64,000 nucleotides of DNA from Eubacteriales bacterium (GTDB taxonomy: Bacteria; Bacillota; Clostridia; Christensenellales; CAG-138), in contig JAJFTZ010000022.1 in the NCBI GenBank assembly GCA_021372675.1, positions 5,152 through 69,151 on the forward strand. The letters run 5' to 3'. This document shows positions 36,956 through 46,165 of the stretch, piece by piece. Made by a program: the position numbers and the translations under genes. Numbering within the stretch: the stretch's first letter is position 1; every line of letters starts with the position of its first letter. The notes under the pieces are model-generated. The model was given only the letters and a program-made list of their open reading frames with translations, searched no databases and had not been told where the DNA came from.

Positions 36956-37837
36956 ATGTTACGGCTTCAAGGCTCTATCGTCGCCCTCGTCACCCCCTTC
37001 AACCGGGATGGCAGCGTGGACTATGCAAGGACGGGCGAGTTGGTGGATTGGCATATTGCCCATAAGACCGACGGCATCGTGGTTCTCGGGACCACGGGCG
37101 AATCCTCCACCATGACCGGCGAGGAGGCTGATAAGGTGTGCAAGCTGGTGGTGGAGCGGGCGGCGGGCCGTATACCGGTCATTGCGGGCAGCGGCTCCAA
37201 CTGCACGGCCACGATGCTCCAAAAGAGCCTGCGCTATCAAAACTTGGGCGTGGATGGCCTGCTTGTGATAGCCCCCTATTACAACAAGGCCAACGAGGAG
37301 GGCATGTACCGCCATTTCGCCACCGTGGCGGACGCGGTGAACCTCCCCTGCATCCTCTACAACGTGCCCGGCCGCACGGGCTGCTCTATTTCGGAGAAGG
37401 TAGTCCTCAGGCTGTATAAGCATGAGAACATCGCCGCCATCAAGGAGGCTTCGGGCAACCTGAGCTATGCCTCCCAGATCGCCCGCTACCTGAGCGACGA
37501 CTTCCGCATGTTCAGCGGCAACGACGATATCATCGTCCCCATGATGGCGCTGGGCAGCAGCGGCGTCATCTCCGTGTTCGCCAACATCTTCCCCGAGGTC
37601 AGCCACAACATTGTGGCGGACTTTCTTAACGGGGATATCGAAAGCTCCAGAGCCGCGCAGCTCAAATATCTGGAGGTGATCAACAGCCTTTTCATCGAGG
37701 TGAACCCCATCCCCGTGAAGGCCGCCATGAACAGGATGGGCCTACGTGCGGGCAGCCTGCGCCTGCCCCTCTATGAGATGGGCGAAGGGGCCAAGGCTCG
37801 GCTGGAAAGCGCCCTGCGGGAGGTTGGGGCCTTATGA
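36956..37837 (+). CDS. dapA: 4-hydroxy-tetrahydrodipicolinate synthase
   Basis: 293 aa. Motifs GSIVALVTPF, VLGTTGES, YNVPGRTG and IAAIKEASG (Schiff-base Lys). Confidence 0.9.
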   Translation: MLRLQGSIVALVTPFNRDGSVDYARTGELVDWHIAHKTDGIVVLGTTGESSTMTGEEADKVCKLVVERAAGRIPVIAGSGSNCTATMLQKSLRYQNLGVDGLLVIAPYYNKANEEGMYRHFATVADAVNLPCILYNVPGRTGCSISEKVVLRLYKHENIAAIKEASGNLSYASQIARYLSDDFRMFSGNDDIIVPMMALGSSGVISVFANIFPEVSHNIVADFLNGDIESSRAAQLKYLEVINSLFIEVNPIPVKAAMNRMGLRAGSLRLPLYEMGEGAKARLESALREVGAL

Positions 37838-38559
37838 GGATTTTATTGATCGGCTATGGCCGCATGGGCCGGATGATCGAGGATATGGCCCTTCGTGCGG
37901 GCCATTCCGTGGAAAAAGCCATTGATATCCATAACAGCGGGGACTTGCGGAAATTGGGCGCCGTGGCGGATGTTGCCATCGACTTCTCCACCCCCGCCGT
38001 TTTGCCTCTCTTGGGGGATTTCATCCGGCGCACGGGCATGGCCCTCCTGAGCGGCACCACGGGCTATTCTGCGGAGGATTTCGAAGCTTTCCAAAGCCTG
38101 GGCGCTTATGCGCCCGTGCTGCACAGCGTCAATTATTCCATAGGCATAGCTGTGTTCCGCAGGGTGCTGGCCCAGATATCCCCCGGCCTCCTGGGCAGCT
38201 TTGACGCGGAGATCGTGGAGACCCACCACAACAAAAAGGCGGATGCCCCCAGCGGCACGGCCAAGCTCCTGTATGAAGCCATGGATCCCGGGCATGCCTA
38301 TACGCCGGTCTATGGCCGGGAAGGCATGTGCGGGGCACGGGGCGAAAGGGAGATCGGCATCCACGCCCTGCGGGGGGGAACCGTGGCCGGCGTCCATACG
38401 GTGAATTTCTTTGGGCAGGATGAGGAGCTTTCCGTTACGCACAGGGCCGCCAGCCGGGCCGTTTTCGCAAACGGGGCCCTGCGCGCGGCGGAAGCGCTGG
38501 CCGCCCGGCCCAAGGGCTGCTATGCCTTGGAAGAAATACTCTTTGGAGGGAAGGTATGA
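37834..38559 (+). CDS. dapB: 4-hydroxy-tetrahydrodipicolinate reductase
   Basis: 241 aa. Motifs GYGRMG and [15 protein letters not shown]. 4-nt overlap with dapA. Confidence 0.9.
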   Translation: MRILLIGYGRMGRMIEDMALRAGHSVEKAIDIHNSGDLRKLGAVADVAIDFSTPAVLPLLGDFIRRTGMALLSGTTGYSAEDFEAFQSLGAYAPVLHSVNYSIGIAVFRRVLAQISPGLLGSFDAEIVETHHNKKADAPSGTAKLLYEAMDPGHAYTPVYGREGMCGARGEREIGIHALRGGTVAGVHTVNFFGQDEELSVTHRAASRAVFANGALRAAEALAARPKGCYALEEILFGGKV

Positions 38560-39248
38560 ACGCGCAGGAGATCATCCGCTACATCGGCGAATCCAAAAAG
38601 AAGACCCCCGTTAAGCTCTATGTAAAGGAGAACGCGCCCGTCGATTACGGCAGCGCCCGCGTATTCGGCCTCGGGGATAAGATCGTTTTCGGGGAATGGA
38701 GCGAGCTTGGGCCCATCTTGGAAGCCCATAGGGCGGATATTGCGCAGATCGTAATCGAAAACGACTGCCGCAATTCGGCCATCCCGCTGCTGGATACCAA
38801 GGATATCCCCGCCCGCATCGAGCCCGGCGCCATCCTTCGGGAACAGGTGGAGATCGGCGCAAACGCCGTCATTATGATGGGGGCCATTCTCAACATCGGC
38901 GCGGTGGTAGGCTCCGGTACCATGATCGACATGGGGGCCATTTTGGGCGGACGGGCCACGGTGGGCAAAAACTGCCATATCGGCGCGGGCGCCGTGCTGG
39001 CAGGGGTGATCGAGCCCGCCAGCGCCACCCCCGTAGTGGTGGAGGACAATGTTCTGGTGGGAGCTAACGCCGTGGTGCTGGAGGGGGTCCGCATCGGCGA
39101 GAATTCCGTGGTGGCGGCCGGGGCCGTAGTCCTCCGCGACGTGCCTCCCAATGTGGTGGTAGCGGGCGCTCCTGCCCGCGTCATAAAGGAAAAAGACGCC
39201 AAAACCAGCGCCAAAACCGCGCTGGAAGAGGCGCTGAGAACACTTTAA
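38556..39248 (+). CDS. dapH: Tetrahydrodipicolinate N-acetyltransferase
   Basis: 230 aa, nearly collinear with B. subtilis DapH as I recall it ([25 protein letters not shown]..., hexapeptide repeats). 4-nt overlap with dapB. Confidence 0.85.
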   Translation: MNAQEIIRYIGESKKKTPVKLYVKENAPVDYGSARVFGLGDKIVFGEWSELGPILEAHRADIAQIVIENDCRNSAIPLLDTKDIPARIEPGAILREQVEIGANAVIMMGAILNIGAVVGSGTMIDMGAILGGRATVGKNCHIGAGAVLAGVIEPASATPVVVEDNVLVGANAVVLEGVRIGENSVVAAGAVVLRDVPPNVVVAGAPARVIKEKDAKTSAKTALEEALRTL

Positions 39249-39265
39249 GCGGGAGGCATGCAGGC

Positions 39266-40270
39266 ATGAAAAACTATAACGTTGCCGTTTTGGGTGCCAC
39301 GGGCGCGGTGGGGCGGGAGATGCTGACCATTTTGGAGGAGCGTGGGTTCCCCGTGGCCGAGCTTCGCCCCCTTGCGAGCAGCCGCAGCGCGGGCGACACG
39401 CTGAACTTTAAGGGCAGGTCCGTCCCTGTGCGGGAGGCCTGCGAGGGCGCCTTTGAAGGCATAGACATCGTGCTGGGCGCGGCGGAGAGCGGCGTCGCCA
39501 AGGGGTTTGCGCCGGCCATTCGGGCTGCCGGCGCGGTGTTTGTGGATAACTCCAGCGCCTTTCGCATGGACCCGCGGGTGCCCTTGGTCATCCCGGAGAT
39601 CAACCCGGCGGACGCAAGGCTAAACAGGGGCGTCATCGCCAACCCCAACTGCACCACCATCGTAACCCTGATCGCGGTGAACGCCCTCGCCGGGCTTTCC
39701 CCCATCAAGGCCATGACCGTTTCCTCCTATCAGGCCGTATCCGGCGCGGGGGCGGGCGGCCCCCTCGAACTCATGGAGCAGGTGAAGGCGCTGGGGAAGG
39801 GCGAAGCGGCCCGGCCCGAGGTATTTCCATACCAGATCGCTTATAACCTGATTCCCCAGATCGGCGGCTTTGAGGAAAACGGCTACACCGGCGAGGAAAT
39901 GAAGATGCAAAACGAAAGCCGTAAGATTTTACACCTGCCCGAGCTGCTCGCAACCTGCACTTGCGTGCGGGTGCCCGTGGTGCGCAGCCATTCCGTATCC
40001 GTTACGGTGGTGACGGAGAGACCCGTTTCCGTGGAGGAGGCCAAGGCGGCCATCGGCGCCGCGCCGGGCTGCCGGTTGATAGACGATCCGGCGAACAGGC
40101 GCTACCCGATGCCCCTCAACACCAGCGGGCAGGATACCGTATTCGTGGGCCGCATCCGCAAAGACCTGACCAACCCCAACGGCTTGGCCCTCTGGTGCTG
40201 CGGCGACCAGATGCGCAAAGGTGCCGCTACCAACGCGGTGCAGATCGCGGAGCTGCTGTTGGAGCGGTAA
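39266..40270 (+). CDS. asd: Aspartate-semialdehyde dehydrogenase
   Basis: 334 aa. Motifs VLGATGAVG and NPNCTTI (active-site Cys). Confidence 0.9.
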   Translation: MKNYNVAVLGATGAVGREMLTILEERGFPVAELRPLASSRSAGDTLNFKGRSVPVREACEGAFEGIDIVLGAAESGVAKGFAPAIRAAGAVFVDNSSAFRMDPRVPLVIPEINPADARLNRGVIANPNCTTIVTLIAVNALAGLSPIKAMTVSSYQAVSGAGAGGPLELMEQVKALGKGEAARPEVFPYQIAYNLIPQIGGFEENGYTGEEMKMQNESRKILHLPELLATCTCVRVPVVRSHSVSVTVVTERPVSVEEAKAAIGAAPGCRLIDDPANRRYPMPLNTSGQDTVFVGRIRKDLTNPNGLALWCCGDQMRKGAATNAVQIAELLLER

Positions 40271-40295
40271 GGTTTTTTTCGGGGAGGGCTTTGTG

Positions 40296-40329
40296 AATGA
40301 GAATCGGGTTCCGATTCTCATTTTCGTTT
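40296..40329 (+). terminator. Rho-independent terminator of the lysC-asd operon
   Basis: AATGAGAATCGG / CCGATTCTCATT 12-bp stem, then TTTTCGTTT. Confidence 0.8.
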
Positions 40330-40344
40330 CACAGCGCGGCGGCC

Positions 40345-41082
40345 TCAGCGCGCCTTTCGGCTGCGCCGAAACATCTCGAAGGGTACTTGAAGCAGGTCGT
40401 AGGTCATAACGAAGCTGAGATAGCTTACGGGCGTTTCAACGCCCTTTATGTACAGGAAACGCGTCATTTCAATGACCTGCTCGCCTTCGCTTGCGCAGAG
40501 GAGCGCTTGCTCCTCACCGTTTGGCGCGCGAAGGAGCAAGGTCTGTTCGATGCGCTCTACGGGTAAACGAAGCTCGGAAAGCAAAAGGTGCGCGAGCGAC
40601 GCGGTAAGGTCGTATCCCTTCATTTTTTCATACAGGTCGAGCGTGAAATAATCGTCCTCGAGCGCTACGGGGATGCCGTCGGCAAAGCGCACGCGGCGGA
40701 TTTGGCGCAGCGCGGCGCCGGGCATTTTTTCGCGCGTCGGCGGGGCCTCCACCCCAACCTCGCGGTCGAACTCAAGCCGGTTGAGGCTTTTGAAGCCGAT
40801 CATCTCCAGCATGTACGAAAGCGAGATAAGCGGCTTAAACCCGAGGCTCGCGTCCTTTTGCAGCACAAAGCTGCCGATGCCGTGCCGCTTGGTGACCACG
40901 CCGTCGCGCTCGAGCTCCGCTACGGCGGCGCGCACGGTGGCGCGTCCGAGCTTAAGCGATTTTGTGAGCTCCTTTTCGGTGGGGAGCTGCGAGCCCGCCG
41001 GGTAGAGGCCCGATACGATGCCCTCCATCAGGTGCTCCTTGAGCTGGATGTACAGCGGCACATGGCTAGACTTATCAATCAT
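40345..41082 (-). CDS. GntR family (HutC subfamily, UTRA domain) transcriptional regulator
   Basis: The start MIDKSSHVPLYIQLKEHL is typical. Winged HTH (LPTEKELTKSLKLGRATVRAAVAELERDGVV) and a UTRA-like C-terminus. The ORF extension to 41118 would overlap the divergent -35. Confidence 0.8.
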   Translation of the reverse strand: MIDKSSHVPLYIQLKEHLMEGIVSGLYPAGSQLPTEKELTKSLKLGRATVRAAVAELERDGVVTKRHGIGSFVLQKDASLGFKPLISLSYMLEMIGFKSLNRLEFDREVGVEAPPTREKMPGAALRQIRRVRFADGIPVALEDDYFTLDLYEKMKGYDLTASLAHLLLSELRLPVERIEQTLLLRAPNGEEQALLCASEGEQVIEMTRFLYIKGVETPVSYLSFVMTYDLLQVPFEMFRRSRKAR

Positions 41083-41111
41083 GCATAATACCCCGAAATT
41101 TTCAAGAGGCG

Positions 41112-41140
41112 TTGACAAAATTACGGCAAATACATAAACT
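41112..41140 (+). promoter_or_regulatory. Sigma-A type promoter of the glpA-like operon
   Basis: TTGACA (41112-41117), 17-nt spacer, TAAACT (41135-41140). A structured leader of about 140 nt follows. Confidence 0.5.
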
Positions 41141-41282
41141 AACAGTAAGAGGTTCGGACAACCGAATGACTTTCGTTTCTACTCGTTCTTGTCGCTTATT
41201 ATATGAAAAACGGGCCCACAAAGCAAGCGCGCGCTTGCATGCCCGAAGAAAAGAAAGCTTTCTTAAAAAACCGAGGGGGTTC

Positions 41283-43010
41283 ATGGTGGCAAACAAGGCC
41301 TTAAGCGTGGAAAACGCGCTTCACAAAAGCGGTATACAGGGCGTTACCTGCGCGCTTTGGCGCGAGAGCTTGCGCCTTATCGGCGAGGCGGACGATTACG
41401 ATACGGTCATTCGCGCGGGCAAGGTCGCGGCGCGCTTCGGCTTTAAAGGCGTGGTCAACGACATCCGCGTCAAGGGCTTTACCGAGCCGGACATCCGCGC
41501 GCCTAAAGCGCAGGATGCGTCCGTGCACAACCGCGCGGTGGATGTGCTTATCATCGGCGGCGGCGTGATCGGCTGCGCAATCGCGCGCGAACTCAGGCGC
41601 TATGACCTTTCTGTAATGCTGCTCGAAAAGGAAGCGGACGTGGCCGTGCACACCTCCTCGCGCAACGACGGCATGATCCACCCCGGCACCGCCTCCAAGC
41701 CGAATACGCTTCGCACCAAATACAACGTGCGCGGAAACGCCATGTACACGGAGCTTGTAAAGGAGCTTTCCATCCCGTTCAAGCGCATCGGCAACCTCGT
41801 GCTGTGCGAAAGCAAGTTGCTTATGCTTCCTATGGAATTGTTTTTCAAGAGCCGCATGGCGCGGCTGAAGGTGGAGGGCGAGCGGCTTACGAAAGCGCGG
41901 CTCTACGAGCGCGAGCCGAACCTGAAGGACGGCCTCGCGGGCGCGATGTTCTTCCCTTCCTCGGGCATTTTATCGCCCTATAAGCTCACGGTGGCTTTGG
42001 CCGAAAGCGCGGCCGAAAACGGCGCGGAAATTTTGCTCGAAACGATGGCGCTCGGCATGGAGCTGCATAACGGCGCGATCACGGGCGTCGTCACCAACCG
42101 GGGCACGCTGCGGCCGCGCGCGGTCATAAACGCCGCGGGCGTATTTGCCGACAAGGTGGCGGAGATGGCAAACGACCGCTTCTTTTCCATCCACCCGCGC
42201 AAGGGCGAGCTGGCAATCCTCGATAAGAAAAAAGGCAATTTTTTGCACGCCTCCGTCTCGCTCGTGGGCGCGGATCAGCTTAAGTCCGATACCAAGGGCG
42301 GCGGCATCATGCCCACCATCGACGGCAACGTGCTCGTAGGCCCGGACGCGTACGAGCAGCCCTACCGCGAGGAATATTCCACCAACGCCGACCATGTGGA
42401 CGCCATCCTCAAAAAGCATCTTCCGCTTATCAAGGGCCTCGGGCCGCAGGATGTGATCACCTACTTTTCGGGCATCCGCGCGGCCACCTACGAGGAGGAT
42501 TTTATCGTGGAGAAGTCGCGGTACGTCAAAAACCTCGTGCACGCGGCGGGCATCCAGTCGCCCGGCCTCGCGAGCGCGCCGGCCGTTGCGGAGGACGTGG
42601 CGCGCATTGTGAAGGAGTATTTAGCGCTCGAGATGGAGGTAAGGAAAAACGCGGCGTTCGACCCCATCCGCAAAAAGCGGCCGGAGCTTAACGGCATGAG
42701 CTTTGTTGAAAAGCAGGCGATCATCCAAAAAAATCCCGACTACGGCGTGATCGTGTGCCGCTGCGAGGGGATAAGCCGCGGCGAGATCATCGACGCGATC
42801 AACTCGCCCGTGCCGGCCTTAACGCTCGATGCGATCAAGCGGCGGGCGCGGCCGGGCATGGGGCGCTGCCAGGGCGGCTTTTGCGCGCCGCTCGTCACCA
42901 AGCTCATCGCGGAGCAAACGGGCGGCGGGCCGGAGGCGGTGCAAAAAAGCGGCGGCGATTCCCCGGTGCTTTTGGAGAAAACGCCGAAGGGGGATGCCGC
43001 GATATGCTGA
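41283..43010 (+). CDS. FAD-dependent oxidoreductase, anaerobic glycerol-3-phosphate dehydrogenase (GlpA)-like, with C-terminal BFD-like [2Fe-2S] domain
   Basis: ATG 41283 sits behind GAGGGGG. Rossmann motif VLIIGGGVIGCAIA starts only at about residue 86. C-terminus CRCEGISRGEI...GMGRCQGGFC. GTG 41523 is an alternative start. Confidence 0.75.
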   Translation: MVANKALSVENALHKSGIQGVTCALWRESLRLIGEADDYDTVIRAGKVAARFGFKGVVNDIRVKGFTEPDIRAPKAQDASVHNRAVDVLIIGGGVIGCAIARELRRYDLSVMLLEKEADVAVHTSSRNDGMIHPGTASKPNTLRTKYNVRGNAMYTELVKELSIPFKRIGNLVLCESKLLMLPMELFFKSRMARLKVEGERLTKARLYEREPNLKDGLAGAMFFPSSGILSPYKLTVALAESAAENGAEILLETMALGMELHNGAITGVVTNRGTLRPRAVINAAGVFADKVAEMANDRFFSIHPRKGELAILDKKKGNFLHASVSLVGADQLKSDTKGGGIMPTIDGNVLVGPDAYEQPYREEYSTNADHVDAILKKHLPLIKGLGPQDVITYFSGIRAATYEEDFIVEKSRYVKNLVHAAGIQSPGLASAPAVAEDVARIVKEYLALEMEVRKNAAFDPIRKKRPELNGMSFVEKQAIIQKNPDYGVIVCRCEGISRGEIIDAINSPVPALTLDAIKRRARPGMGRCQGGFCAPLVTKLIAEQTGGGPEAVQKSGGDSPVLLEKTPKGDAAIC

Positions 43011-44251
43011 ACTTTTACGATGTGATCGTGTTGGGCGCGGGGCCCGCGGGGCTTGCCGCGGCTATCGGCGCGCACGACGCGGGGGCGAAAACGCTGATCG
43101 TGGAGCGCGAGGAGCGCATGGGCGGCATCCTAAAGCAATGCATACACGACGGCTTCGGGCTTTTGAACTTCGGCGAGCGCATGACCGGCCCCGAATATGC
43201 CGGGCGGTATCTAAAGGAATTTTATGCGCGAAGGATCGACTGTGTTTTGAGCGCCTTTGCCGATTCCGTGCAAAAAACGCCCGAGGGCTTTTCCCTTAGC
43301 CTGCGCACGGCGGAGGGCATGGAGCGCGTATCGTGCGCGGCGCTCGTGCTGGCCTGCGGGTGCCGCGAGCGCACCTCGCGGCAGGTGTTCATACACGGCG
43401 ACCGTCCGGCGGGCGTGTTCACGGCGGGCGCGGCGCAGTACTACGTGAACGTGATGGGCTACTTGCCCACGAAACGCTGCGTCATTTTAGGCAGCGGCGA
43501 CATCGGCCTCATCATGGCGCGGCGGCTCACGCTCGAGGGCGCGCGCGTGCTCGGCGTGTACGAGGTGAAAAGCGAGCCCTCGGGCCTCGCTCGAAACATT
43601 GCGCAATGCCTCGACGATTTCAGCATTCCGCTGCATCTTTCCACAACGGTCACGAAGGTGTTCGGGCAAAAGCGCGTGGAGGCGGTGGAGGTTTGCAAAG
43701 TGGATGAAAACATGCAGCCCATTGCCGAAACCGCGCAGAGGATCGAATGCGACGCGCTCATCCTCTCGGTGGGTTTAATTCCCGAAAACGAGGTGGCCGA
43801 GAGTTTGGGCGTGGAGATCGACCCCGCCACCAAGGGGCCGTGGGTAGATCAAAGCTTTATGACGAGCGTGGACGGCGTGTTCTGCTGCGGCAACGCACTG
43901 CATGTGCACGATCTGGTGGATCATGTTTCGCGCGGCGCGCTCGCGGCGGGAAAATGCGCCGCGCGGTACGAGCGCTGGCGCGAACGCAAGCTTCTTCCCG
44001 TCGCCTGCGAAAAAGGAGACTTTCTCTATGTGGCGCCGCAGCGCTTCGACGCAAACGCCGGGCGTGAAATGGACGTTTGCTTCCGCAGCCGCGAAACGAA
44101 AAAGGGCGCGGCGGTAAGTATAAGCGCGGACGGCGCGCTTATAAAAAGGAAGAGCTACGCGCGGCTCGCGCCGGCCGAGATGGAATGCCTTGCGGTCAGC
44201 GTGCCGGAAAGCGCCGCGCGGATCGAAGTGAAAATGGAGGGGGAGCTATGA
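43004..44251 (+). CDS. NAD(P)/FAD-dependent (pyridine nucleotide-disulfide type) oxidoreductase, partner subunit
   Basis: The start MLNFYDVIVLGAGPAGLAAA overlaps the upstream stop. A second dinucleotide motif is VILGSGDIGL. Confidence 0.8.
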   Translation: MLNFYDVIVLGAGPAGLAAAIGAHDAGAKTLIVEREERMGGILKQCIHDGFGLLNFGERMTGPEYAGRYLKEFYARRIDCVLSAFADSVQKTPEGFSLSLRTAEGMERVSCAALVLACGCRERTSRQVFIHGDRPAGVFTAGAAQYYVNVMGYLPTKRCVILGSGDIGLIMARRLTLEGARVLGVYEVKSEPSGLARNIAQCLDDFSIPLHLSTTVTKVFGQKRVEAVEVCKVDENMQPIAETAQRIECDALILSVGLIPENEVAESLGVEIDPATKGPWVDQSFMTSVDGVFCCGNALHVHDLVDHVSRGALAAGKCAARYERWRERKLLPVACEKGDFLYVAPQRFDANAGREMDVCFRSRETKKGAAVSISADGALIKRKSYARLAPAEMECLAVSVPESAARIEVKMEGEL

Positions 44252-44607
44252 AGGAAATGGTCTGCATCGTGTGCCCCAACGGCTGCGCCTTGCGCGTTGT
44301 TGAGGGCGAGGCGGGGTATACGGTGGAAGGGGCGAGGTGCAAGCGGGGCGAGGCGTTTGCGCTCGACGAGATGAAAAACCCCATGCGCAGCCTCACCACG
44401 ACCGTGGCCACGGTGTTTAAGGATATGCCCCGCCTGAGCGTAAAAACGAGCGGCGAAATCCCCAAGGATAAGCTGTTTGAGGCGATGGCGCGCATCAACC
44501 GGATGCTTGTGGATCACCGCGTGCGCGCGGGCGAGGTACTTTTGAGCGGCTTATATGGCGTGCAGGTGGTGGCAACGGCGGATATGCGCACGCAATGGGA
44601 GGGATAG
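44248..44607 (+). CDS. DUF1667 domain protein (third member of the GlpA-like trio)
   Basis: 119 aa. MKEMVCIVCPNGCALRV...GARCKRGEAF is a Cys-rich N-terminus typical of DUF1667. ATGA overlap with the upstream gene. Confidence 0.7.
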   Translation: MKEMVCIVCPNGCALRVVEGEAGYTVEGARCKRGEAFALDEMKNPMRSLTTTVATVFKDMPRLSVKTSGEIPKDKLFEAMARINRMLVDHRVRAGEVLLSGLYGVQVVATADMRTQWEG

Positions 44608-44608
44608 G

Positions 44609-46165
44609 ATGGAGCCATTGATCTTATGTATCGACTGCGGCACGCAGAGCATGCGCGCGATGCTGTTCAACAAGGCGGGCGATATGGAGGCTGTCGAAAA
44701 GGTGAGCTTCGAGCCTTACTTTTCGGTTTCTCCCGGCTTTGCGGAGCAGGAGGCGGACGTGTATTACAGCGCCCTTTGCACCGCCGTGAAGCGGCTTAAG
44801 GAGAAAAACGCGGAACGGTTCGCGCATATCGCGGCGGTGACGGTTGCCACGCAGCGCGACACGCTCGTGCTGCTCGACAGCGCGTATAAGCCCGTGCGGC
44901 CCTGCATTTTGTGGCTCGACCAGCGCGAGGCGGACGTGCGGCTTGAAAATTATTTCAGCCCCGCCGAGATCGCCGCCTACACGCTCGTGGGCATGAGAAA
45001 AACAAGCGAGCACGTGATGCGCCGCTCGCGCGCCTACTGGGTGCAAAAAAACGAGCCGGAGGTGTGGGCAAAAACCCACAAGGCCGTTATGCTCTCGTGC
45101 TATCTCAATTTCAGGCTCACGGGGAAGCTTAGCGACACCTACGCCGCGCAGATCGGCCACGTTCCGTTCGACGTGAAATCGAGCGATTGGCACAAAAACG
45201 CGAAAAACATCGGCTACCGCCAGTTCGGGCTTACAAAGGAGCAGATGCCCGAGCTCGTGCGCCCGGGTGGACGCCTCGGCAGCATTTCATACGAAGCGGC
45301 GGAGGAAACGGGCGCCGCCGAGGGCCTGCCGGTGATCGCGGCCGCGTCGGACAAGGGCTGCGAAACGCTCGGCAACGGCTGTTTGAGCGAGGATGTGGCC
45401 TCCGTCAGCTTCGGCACCACCGCCACCGTGGAAACCACCACCGATAAATACGTGGAGCTGCTGCGCTTCATACCGCCCTATCCGTCGGCGGTGGAGGGCT
45501 TTTACAACCCCGAATACGAGGTGTTTCGGGGGTATTGGCTCATCAGCTGGTTCAAAAAGGAGTTCGCCGCGCACGAGATGGCGGAGGCCGCCCGTACGGG
45601 CGAGAGCGTGGAAACGCTTTTGAACCGGCGGCTCGAGAGCGTGCCCGTAGGTTCGGACGGGCTGATGCTCCAGCCCTATTGGACGCCCGAGCTCAAAATG
45701 GAGGACGCGCGCGGCGCGATCATCGGCTTTAATGCCGCGCACACGCGCATCCACATCTACCGCGCGATCATCGAGGGCATCAATTACGCCATCATGGACG
45801 GCATCGAACGCATGGAGCGGTGCACGAAAACGCGGATTAACCGCGTTGTCGTGGCGGGAGGCGGCTCGCAGAGCGCCGAGATTTTAAAGATCACCGCCGA
45901 CATGCTCGGCGTGCCCGTGACGCGTGTGCAAACGCACGAAACCACGGGGCTCGGTGCGGCCATCCTCGGCTTTTACGGGCTCGGCGAGTTTACGAGCGTG
46001 CGCGAGGCGGTTTCCCGCATGGTGCGCGTCAGGGACGTGTTTACACCCGATTTGAAGAACAGCCGCACCTACCGCAGGCTCTATAACGAGGTGTACAAGG
46101 GCATGTTCCCCGCGCTCAAGTCCCTTTATAAAACCGGCAACCGGATATTGGAGGAGCAACCATGA
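44609..46165 (+). CDS. FGGY-family carbohydrate/polyol kinase
   Basis: N-terminus LILCIDCGTQSMRAMLF and C-terminal VVAGGGSQS. ATG sits behind GGGAGGGATAGG. Confidence 0.85.
   Translation: MEPLILCIDCGTQSMRAMLFNKAGDMEAVEKVSFEPYFSVSPGFAEQEADVYYSALCTAVKRLKEKNAERFAHIAAVTVATQRDTLVLLDSAYKPVRPCILWLDQREADVRLENYFSPAEIAAYTLVGMRKTSEHVMRRSRAYWVQKNEPEVWAKTHKAVMLSCYLNFRLTGKLSDTYAAQIGHVPFDVKSSDWHKNAKNIGYRQFGLTKEQMPELVRPGGRLGSISYEAAEETGAAEGLPVIAAASDKGCETLGNGCLSEDVASVSFGTTATVETTTDKYVELLRFIPPYPSAVEGFYNPEYEVFRGYWLISWFKKEFAAHEMAEAARTGESVETLLNRRLESVPVGSDGLMLQPYWTPELKMEDARGAIIGFNAAHTRIHIYRAIIEGINYAIMDGIERMERCTKTRINRVVVAGGGSQSAEILKITADMLGVPVTRVQTHETTGLGAAILGFYGLGEFTSVREAVSRMVRVRDVFTPDLKNSRTYRRLYNEVYKGMFPALKSLYKTGNRILEEQP

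Noticed and set aside
41112-41282. Upstream extension of the GlpA-like ORF (632-aa version starting at 41112)
   Set aside because: The extension overlaps the predicted promoter and leader, is Arg/Lys-rich and has no SD. ATG 41283 has a strong GAGGGGG SD.
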